Shown in pieces: positions 20,080 through 25,855 of a stretch of DNA of 32,000 nucleotides (within the stretch, counting starts at the first letter, position 1; each line of letters starts with the position of its first letter). Where the stretch lies: the NCBI RefSeq assembly GCF_913057115.1, contig NZ_CAJXNN010000001.1:118441-150440 (forward strand), read 5' to 3'. The stretch comes from an uncultured Roseovarius sp. Lineage in GTDB: Bacteria > Pseudomonadota > Alphaproteobacteria > Rhodobacterales > Rhodobacteraceae. Made by a program: the position numbers and the translations under genes. The notes beneath the pieces are model-generated. The model did not search any database and was not told the origin of the DNA. It saw nothing but the letters and a program-made list of their open reading frames with translations.

Positions 20080-21761
20080 TATGCTTGCTCAGGCAAATCT
20101 GTGTATTGCTCATAAGCAGGCAAATAGCTTTGATAGCGAGCCAAGTCTGTTTCGTATTCCAACATCATCCCACTAGCGTTCCCGCGCATAACGATGTCAT
20201 GCTTGTCTAGTGGCAGTGTCGCTATTGCGCTAAACAACAGCATGGCGTCTTTGGGGTAAAGATTGATGGTGGGAGTGCTGGTGCTGATTTTTGCTTGCGC
20301 CGCTTTGCCCAATTCAAACTGTTTTTGCTCTGAAAAGCTTTTGTTTTTGGCATCCCACCAGTAATCAAATCGCACACTACTTTCACTGAAATGCAGAGCG
20401 ATTTTGCGGCTTTGTGGTTTGTTGAAAAAGCTGCGTATACGCGTGATCCAGTGTTGTACGCAATTTGCGTCAAATTCCGCAAACCATTGAGCATTTGCTG
20501 TAACGCGCCAACTGCTTTTAAAGCGTGTTTCTGGATCAATCATCATACCCACTATGCTTTCCTCTGGCATTTCCTCGCAGTCGTAAAAGTAAATGCTGCG
20601 CTTGTGATGTGTCGCTTCGCTGTTGAGGTGCAAACTGTATCGGGTGAGTCGATCTGTTGAATTCTCAATCAGCCTATCTTTGGGCTCAGCAGTATAAAGC
20701 GAGAGCTTTTGGCTGTTTATCAATTCCCGTTCAATCCAGCTGCGATCAGAGCCCCGCAATACAAGTGAATTGCCGTCGTGCAGCTGCATGCGCTTGGGAA
20801 TTACATGAGTGACAGCAGTGGTTTTGTAAGGCGTTTTTGTAACCACGATGTCTTTTTGGGCTGGGCGCACTAATAATGTGGTATTGCAAGGGACATGCAC
20901 GGTTTTGCCGTGTCTATCCGTGCGCGTAACTGTGCTACTCAAGTCAAAGAAACGCTTGCGATATTTTTCTAGAGGTGCAGGTACAGTATGTGGCTGCAGT
21001 GCCTCTGCAATTAAGCGCAAGCTGGGCGTAACGCCAGCTCTGTCAATATCTGTGCAAGCAAGCAGCGCGGTATCAATCAAATCATCAGTGTAGTTACTGC
21101 CCACAACTTCCAGCTCGCCTGTTTCGTTGTTTCGCCGCGCCAGCATTACAACAAAGTCATCGCTGTTGGTGACGGCGGAAGCAAAGGCAGGGAGGCTTGC
21201 CTTGGGTTTTACGCTTTTGGCATGCTCCACTTTGTTGTTGAAAACTGCAGCGTTGCCAGTGCTTCCAGTTTTGCGTCCGCGTCCATCTTGTTCTTCAAAA
21301 TCAGCAGCTTCTTCCTCGTCAGCCAGCTCTTGCGCTGTCATACGCCTTTCACCGCGCAGCTCGCCCAATCCACCCATGTCGTGTATGTGATTGATCAGTG
21401 CTGTGCGGGCATCGTTGCTAAAAAGATGTGGTTTTTCAGCATAAGTCTCGTGCAACGCTAGTAGGGATTTGGACCAGTTGCTTATGGTGCTTGCGTGCTT
21501 TTTTACGTCCATTTGCCAAATCATACGTACCAAAGGGTAAAAGTTTGGCTGGTTGCTCGGCTTTCGCCGCGTGCGAATACCGCGTTCGTCGTAAAGCTGT
21601 TTTAAATAATCGCCCTGCTGCTCCGCAGCCCGCCACCACAAGTATGCATCGACTATGTTTTGGTACAGCTGATTTCTGCTGCTTTCATACGCAGCTGTTT
21701 GCGACTGCGCAGCTGCTTCAAGTTGCTGAAGCTGTCGATCCAAATCGTTGTTATTTGTCAT
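20079..21761 (-). CDS. Hypothetical 560-aa protein, translationally coupled partner of the DpdA-like gene
   Basis: Long uninterrupted ORF in AT-rich DNA. It has a coiled-coil-like N-terminus, an acidic linker (ELADEEEAADFEEQDG) and a beta-rich C-terminal two-thirds. I recognise no catalytic motif. Confidence 0.75.
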   Translation of the reverse strand: MTNNNDLDRQLQQLEAAAQSQTAAYESSRNQLYQNIVDAYLWWRAAEQQGDYLKQLYDERGIRTRRKPSNQPNFYPLVRMIWQMDVKKHASTISNWSKSLLALHETYAEKPHLFSNDARTALINHIHDMGGLGELRGERRMTAQELADEEEAADFEEQDGRGRKTGSTGNAAVFNNKVEHAKSVKPKASLPAFASAVTNSDDFVVMLARRNNETGELEVVGSNYTDDLIDTALLACTDIDRAGVTPSLRLIAEALQPHTVPAPLEKYRKRFFDLSSTVTRTDRHGKTVHVPCNTTLLVRPAQKDIVVTKTPYKTTAVTHVIPKRMQLHDGNSLVLRGSDRSWIERELINSQKLSLYTAEPKDRLIENSTDRLTRYSLHLNSEATHHKRSIYFYDCEEMPEESIVGMMIDPETRFKSSWRVTANAQWFAEFDANCVQHWITRIRSFFNKPQSRKIALHFSESSVRFDYWWDAKNKSFSEQKQFELGKAAQAKISTSTPTINLYPKDAMLLFSAIATLPLDKHDIVMRGNASGMMLEYETDLARYQSYLPAYEQYTDLPEQA

Positions 21762-21778
21762 TAGGGAGCCCGAAAAAT

Positions 21779-21801
21779 TTTACATCGAAAGGTGATGCAA
21801 G
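21779..21801. repeat. Candidate recombinase core site B (tttacatcg-aaagg-tgatgcaag)
   Basis: Its reverse complement cttgcatca-ccttt-cgatgtaaa matches site A (22532-22554) at 18/23 positions. It lies in the 42-nt gap between the recombinase stop and the 560-aa ORF start. Confidence 0.45.
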
Positions 21802-21803
21802 AG

Positions 21804-22379
21804 TTATCCTACAAGCTCCACAGCTGCCCGCAACTTTTTATCGTTTAATTCAATATAGCGTTGTGTGGTGTTGAGGTGCTTGTGGCGCGCGAGCGCCTGT
21901 ACAACACGCGCATTCAACCCCTTGTCTGCCAACTCAGTCACAAACTGCCGCCTGCCGCTGTGACTGCTCGCCCCATCAATGCCAGCAGCAGTGTAAAGCG
22001 TGTAAAATAGGTTCACCATCGTCTGCGCGCTAAAGCCGCCACCTTTTGCACTAAAAATCAGCGGTGCCTCAGGCTGCTGTAGGCGGCGCGGGTATTGTTT
22101 AGCATACCGAGTCAAAGCTTGCGCGGTGCGGCGGTTGATTAAAACTGTGCTGGTGCAGCTGCCTTTGGTTTGTGTCGCTTGCAGCAGCACGAACTCACGC
22201 ACAGCGCCTGTGCTTTCAAATACGTCACCAACGCGCAAAGCTGCTATCTCACATGCGCGCATACCAGCATAAAAGCTCAGCGCTACGGCTGTATGATTAC
22301 GTGTTGGATAGCGCCGACTGTTAATCACGGCTGACAGGCGTTTGAACTCTACTTTGTTGAGTAGTTTTGCTTGTTTCAT
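21804..22379 (-). CDS. Short (191-aa) tyrosine recombinase, catalytic domain only (FimB/FimE-sized)
   Basis: Carries YAGMRACEIAAL (Arg I), SSHSGRRQFVTE (H-x-x-R) and ARHKHLNTTQRYIE (His plus catalytic Tyr). There is a good RBS (gagga, 8 nt upstream) and no N-terminal arm- or core-binding domain. Confidence 0.85.
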   Translation of the reverse strand: MKQAKLLNKVEFKRLSAVINSRRYPTRNHTAVALSFYAGMRACEIAALRVGDVFESTGAVREFVLLQATQTKGSCTSTVLINRRTAQALTRYAKQYPRRLQQPEAPLIFSAKGGGFSAQTMVNLFYTLYTAAGIDGASSHSGRRQFVTELADKGLNARVVQALARHKHLNTTQRYIELNDKKLRAAVELVG

Positions 22380-22531
22380 TTTGAAGTCCTCAGTAATGTG
22401 TGGATTTGCTTTAAGTTATTATAAAGTCACACATTTTCGCGGACGATCGGAATTTACATTTTTGCTAAGTCGCTGTTTTAATTGAGGCTTGGAGCGAAAT
22501 GTTAGGGATTACATATTAGCTAACATTATTG

Positions 22532-22554
22532 CTTACATCGTTTTTCGATGTAAG
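22532..22554. repeat. Candidate recombinase core site A (cttacatcg-ttttt-cgatgtaag; perfect palindromic arms)
   Basis: Perfect 10-bp inverted repeat gcttacatcg (22531-22540) / cgatgtaagc (22546-22555) around a 5-nt spacer, about 150 bp upstream of the recombinase start. Confidence 0.5.
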
Positions 22555-22630
22555 CCACAGTTCGTACATAGCCGCGCAAAATAAACTCGTTAACCGACTA
22601 ATGCTAAATATTGCTGAAGGGGTAACGAGT

Positions 22631-22918
22631 ATGAACAAGCGAACAACTGACGCATTGCTTAAAGAAATGCGCCAACACATCAGGCGATTGCCGAAAGCAG
22701 AAAAAATTGAGCTGGCTGAAAAACTCCTGCAAATTGCTTCGACGGCAATAAATTGGCTGCGGGAAGACGACAAAGGTGGCACAACAGCTTCGCGCCGACG
22801 CAAGCTGCAAGGACGGGAAACCAAGCTGGATGCGAACAAACCTGTTTCGCCAGTAACTGTTGCTGAGCCGCATAAGCCAAAACCGATGAAATACAAAGGC
22901 AAGCACAGAGATGACTAA
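22631..22918 (+). CDS. Hypothetical protein (95 aa), basic C-terminus
   Basis: ATG at 22631 preceded by gaagggg. The product MNKRTTDALLKEMRQHIRRLPKAEKIELAEKLLQIA... looks helical and charged. Its stop overlaps the next start (ATGACTAA). Confidence 0.5.
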   Translation: MNKRTTDALLKEMRQHIRRLPKAEKIELAEKLLQIASTAINWLREDDKGGTTASRRRKLQGRETKLDANKPVSPVTVAEPHKPKPMKYKGKHRDD

Positions 22919-23252
22919 GTGCGCAGTAGTGCGTGTTTATGACGTGCTGTCCCAAAACGAGTTAGTGCATACAGCTGAAGACTTTGGTGTGAATTGGTGC
23001 GGCAAATGCAAGAGCTGGTATGCGGAGCGTAAACACGCTAGGCGCGATTTTGGCGTTGCAGCTGCTACAGCGTGCTATCGCGCTATTCACCATAAACTTG
23101 AGCAAGTGCGCAAAAGCAGACTTCGTATCGGCGCTGTGCTTGATGATGAAGTTGAAGCACTTGAAGCAGCACGTGATTTAGTGCAGCGCTATCTGCTTGA
23201 GCATCACAGCATCTCAGCTGTTTTGGTTGATGAAAAGCACGAGCTTGTTTGA
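22911..23252 (+). CDS. Hypothetical protein (113 aa) with a CxxC element
   Basis: Translationally coupled to the previous ORF. Contains NWCGKCKSWY and later ACYRAIHH. No family is recognised. Confidence 0.5.
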   Translation: MTKCAVVRVYDVLSQNELVHTAEDFGVNWCGKCKSWYAERKHARRDFGVAAATACYRAIHHKLEQVRKSRLRIGAVLDDEVEALEAARDLVQRYLLEHHSISAVLVDEKHELV

Positions 23253-23314
23253 ATTGGTATCTGGAATCAGTTTATCCGTTCTTTTATTTAAAGGCTCAAA
23301 AGTCTTTTGAACGC

Positions 23315-23357
23315 TTAGGCTGTGATTTGAGTATACTAAAGATTAGCAACAGCCTAA
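23315..23357. repeat. Stem-loop (9-bp perfect stem, 25-nt AT-rich loop), candidate rolling-circle origin or terminator
   Basis: ttaggctgt (23315-23323) / acagcctaa (23349-23357) with loop gatttgagtatactaaagattagca. It lies in the non-coding gap just downstream of the Rep-like gene. Confidence 0.35.
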
Positions 23358-23445
23358 CGGCGTCACTTCTAATATATCTCAAGTTATAGCCCTCTAGTGC
23401 CGTCAGCATCGCCGCGTCGCACCGTGTGAAGACAATCACTCGTGC

Positions 23446-23985
23446 TTAAGAAATGGGCTTAGTGCCATAGTTTGCTTTAACGAGCCGTCGCAAATATCGC
23501 ATTTGATCAAAATCGGATGCATTCATCGACACTGTATTTGTGTAGCTAAGCTGCGGGTTAAATGTGTCTTGTTTAAGCTGTCCATATTCATGCAGGCAAT
23601 ACACGCTAGCCGCGTGTTTGTTGCGTATAAGCTCAACTCTTGATGTTGCACAGCTTTCGTCAAAGCTGCTCCAAAGCGTCTTAAGTGTATTGCAGAAAGT
23701 TGTAGTGCCGCCAAAGCTTTTGAAGGCAACGTGAAAGTGTGTGTTAAAACCACTCTTTCCGTAGTGCTTAAACACAAAGCGTTCAATACGCCTTCCAAGC
23801 TTGCATTCTGTTTTCCCCAAAAACGTCCTGTCTGCTTTGTTCAAGAATACCCGCAAAACTTGCTCTGCTTGTGCATCGCTAATGTCGTAGCCATTCGCAA
23901 ATTTGAGCGTGGCAAACACGTCTACGTCAGAATTTCGTATCCAGTTTATGTATTGATTTTGTATGTCTTGATTGCACGCTAACAC
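23446..23985 (-). CDS. HUH-type rolling-circle replication initiator-like protein (179 aa)
   Basis: GTG start with GGAG 6 nt upstream. The three RCR motifs are colinear: I VFATLKF, II NTHFHVAF (HUH; nt 23731-23739), III ASVYCLHEY (Tyr). Confidence 0.55.
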   Translation of the reverse strand: MLACNQDIQNQYINWIRNSDVDVFATLKFANGYDISDAQAEQVLRVFLNKADRTFLGKTECKLGRRIERFVFKHYGKSGFNTHFHVAFKSFGGTTTFCNTLKTLWSSFDESCATSRVELIRNKHAASVYCLHEYGQLKQDTFNPQLSYTNTVSMNASDFDQMRYLRRLVKANYGTKPIS

Positions 23986-24109
23986 CGTTTACTCCGCTTG
24001 CTTTTATTTATTTATCCTTAGCGCGCTAAAGTGAAGTTTTTTGATTTTGATCGTCCAAGCTACTGCTAGAGCTTAATATTTTTTGAGCCGCTGAAATTTG
24101 GAGGACAAA

Positions 24110-24541
24110 ATGGCTTTATTAGACGAACTCAAGCTCACAACATACGAGCCGGGCGCATTCTCAAACCCCGTTTCTAATCGTCGGCACAAGTTCGCAGCAA
24201 AGATTGACGAGCAAATTAAGCTTGCTGTTGATCCAGATTATCAGCCTAAAAAGCTAATCTGGCGTGAAGATGCACACGGTAATAGGACGCGCGTTGAAAT
24301 GCCAAAACGTATTAAACCATGGTGGAGTCAAAGTCCGGACGGAACTGTGCTTTTGACATTGCGCTACGGCAGTAAAGCTTTGGAATTAGCTAAGGGTAAG
24401 AATGCTGTTGAAGTGTTGAGTAAAGAAGACGTGGAAGGAACGTTGCGTAAAATAAAACTGGCTGTTTTGGCTGGTGAATTTGATGCTCTGCTTGAAAAGC
24501 ACATAGTCAAAAAGAAACCGATAGAAGCAAATAAAAGCTGA
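24110..24541 (+). CDS. Conserved-looking hypothetical protein (143 aa)
   Basis: ATG at 24110 is preceded by ggagga, so the TTG at 24098 is unlikely. The product MALLDELKLTTYEP...PKRIKPWW...LTLRYGSKALELAKGKNAVEV... recalls small proteins I associate with mobile elements, but I cannot name the family with confidence. Confidence 0.6.
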   Translation: MALLDELKLTTYEPGAFSNPVSNRRHKFAAKIDEQIKLAVDPDYQPKKLIWREDAHGNRTRVEMPKRIKPWWSQSPDGTVLLTLRYGSKALELAKGKNAVEVLSKEDVEGTLRKIKLAVLAGEFDALLEKHIVKKKPIEANKS

Positions 24542-24559
24542 GCAAAAACAATGAGTTAA

Positions 24560-24613
24560 ATGTTATGCAATTGTTATGCACAGCTGCATGTGTATGATAA
24601 TGCATTGTTATTA
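24560..24613 (+). repeat. TTGTTAKGCA-like direct repeats near attR (atgttatgca 24560-24569, ttgttatgca 24571-24580, ttgttattat 24604-24613)
   Basis: Same orientation and near-identical core to the ttgttaggca copies at attL. These are candidate arm-type integrase binding sites. Confidence 0.4.
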
Positions 24614-24637
24614 TTGAATAAATCGCAATCCGTTTGA

Positions 24638-24657
24638 TTTCAAGCACTGCCACGGGC
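24638..24657. repeat. attR core: right copy of the 20-bp direct repeat
   Basis: ttcaagcactgccacgggcg. GC-rich host-like sequence resumes exactly here. Confidence 0.8.
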
Positions 24658-24667
24658 GGCTCGCCTA
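24638..24667 (+). other. Displaced native 3' end of secA (encodes ...FKHCHGRLA-stop)
   Basis: ttc aag cac tgc cac ggg cgg ctc gcc tag translates to FKHCHGRLA*, identical to the end of the intact secA ORF at 15182-15211 but with GC-rich synonymous codons. Confidence 0.75.
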
Positions 24668-24727
24668 GCGTGAGCCGACGGGCGGCGGCCTTCTGACCCG
24701 ACATTACAAGCCCTAAAGACTCCGCGG

Positions 24728-24752
24728 GGCTGCCACATAGCGGCCTCTTTCC
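24728..24752 (+). terminator. Candidate original secA terminator, now separated from secA by the island
   Basis: GGCUGC-cacaua-GCGGCC (one G-U pair) followed by UCUUUCC. The stem is short. Confidence 0.3.
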
Positions 24753-24796
24753 GGGGGTAGGTTCCTGCTGACCTATTCCAGGTGTGGAGGAATGTT

Positions 24797-25831
24797 ATGT
24801 CCAAGGTACGGCGTTTTATCACCGCTGGCGGCACCCTGTTTTGCGCCCTCGGCATCGGCTTTTTGATGCAGACCAATGCCAAGCAAGACAAAGAAGCCAC
24901 CCTCGCACCCGAACCGGTGGAAGCCAGCCTGTTGCAGGACGAGGTCAGCCCGGCTGACCCCTCGGGCAGCGATCATGTGGAGATTTCCGATATCCAACTG
25001 ACAGCGGCGACCGGGGTGACCCCGCCCAAGGCCGCGCCTCAACCAAAGACCCTTCCCGAGATCGCGATCACCCGCGCGGCCTTTGATCCCGCGACCGGAG
25101 CTGAAACACCCGTTGGCGACCTTCCCAAGGAAGAACCCGCACCGGAATTTTCCTGTGAGTTCAACCTGACAGCGACGCCCGCTGCCGCCGCCATGGTGAC
25201 CCTTGACCTTGAAGCCCCCTGCATGGTCAACGAGCGCTTCACCCTGCATCATAACGGCCTGATGTTCACGGCAGCGACCGATCAGGACGGCATGAGCCGA
25301 ATGACCGTTCCTGCGCTGTCCAAGCATGCTGTCTTTATCGTGGCCTTCGCCAATGGCGACGGCGCGGTGGCCAACGCCGAGGTGTCGTCGGTAGAGTATT
25401 ACGACCGCTATATCGTGCAATGGCAGGGGCAGTCCGGCCTTCAGGTGCACGCCCTTGAATATGGTGCAACCTATGGCGAGGACGGCCATGTCTGGGCCGA
25501 TGCCAAACGTGACATGGGCATCGCCGCGCGCGGCGAGGGCGGCTTCATCATGCGGCTCGGCGCGCGGGACATGGAAAACGCACGCATGGCTGAAGTCTAT
25601 ACCTTCCCGACGCTCACGGCGCAAAAGCCGGGCGAAATCGACCTGAGGCTCGAAGCGGCGGTGACGCGCGCAAACTGTGGCCGCGATATCGAGGCGCAAA
25701 GCCTGCATATTTCCGGCACGCAGGCCCCTGTCGCCAGCGATTTGACGCTCGCCATGCCCGAATGTGACGCTGTTGGTGATTATCTGGTGTTGAAAAACAT
25801 GTTCAATGACCTGAAGATCGCCCGCAACTGA
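24797..25831 (+). CDS. Hypothetical membrane-anchored or exported protein (344 aa)
   Basis: ATG at 24797 after ggagga, with an N-terminal hydrophobic segment (GGTLFCALGIGFLM). It is GC-rich and host-like. No family is recognised. Confidence 0.6.
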   Translation: MSKVRRFITAGGTLFCALGIGFLMQTNAKQDKEATLAPEPVEASLLQDEVSPADPSGSDHVEISDIQLTAATGVTPPKAAPQPKTLPEIAITRAAFDPATGAETPVGDLPKEEPAPEFSCEFNLTATPAAAAMVTLDLEAPCMVNERFTLHHNGLMFTAATDQDGMSRMTVPALSKHAVFIVAFANGDGAVANAEVSSVEYYDRYIVQWQGQSGLQVHALEYGATYGEDGHVWADAKRDMGIAARGEGGFIMRLGARDMENARMAEVYTFPTLTAQKPGEIDLRLEAAVTRANCGRDIEAQSLHISGTQAPVASDLTLAMPECDAVGDYLVLKNMFNDLKIARN

Positions 25832-25855
25832 TCCGCAGTATTCGGGGGCACCCAG

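Larger units (their letters stand above)
15202..24637. mobile_element. About 9.4-kb integrative genomic island (integrase, Type II R-M, DpdA-like module, HUH Rep-like) inserted in the 3' end of secA
   Basis: There is an abrupt, visually obvious drop in GC content relative to both flanks, estimated by eye and not computed. The island is bounded by 20-bp direct repeats, has a tyrosine integrase adjacent to attL, and leaves a displaced native secA tail at attR. Confidence 0.85.

Noticed and set aside
21342-21353. G-E-R-R tetrapeptide in the 560-aa protein, resembling the ParB box II GxRR motif (and so a possible DpdB/ParB-like identity)
   Set aside because: The surrounding sequence does not resemble a ParB/Srx N-terminal domain. 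There is no box I-like segment and no DGQHR motif of DndB/DpdB. The tetrapeptide abuts a low-complexity acidic linker, so it is probably coincidental.
22516-22955. Minus-strand ORFs (128, 100 and 91 aa) overlapping the 95-aa plus-strand ORF
   Set aside because: The plus-strand frame has an RBS, a protein-like charged helical sequence and stop/start coupling to the next ORF. The minus-strand products are Ser/Cys/Phe-rich and lack start signals.
15202-24637. Island as an integrated filamentous (inovirus-like) prophage, suggested by the small HUH Rep-like gene
   Set aside because: No Zot-like assembly ATPase, coat protein or ssDNA-binding gene candidates are present. The gene content (R-M, TGT-like, recombinases) fits a genomic island or satellite better.
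24773-25708. 311-aa minus-strand ORF, and the 86-aa ORF 24640..24900(-) that crosses attR
   Set aside because: The first lies antisense to the plus-strand gene, which has an RBS and an N-terminal anchor. The 86-aa ORF spans the island junction and the secA remnant and has no RBS.
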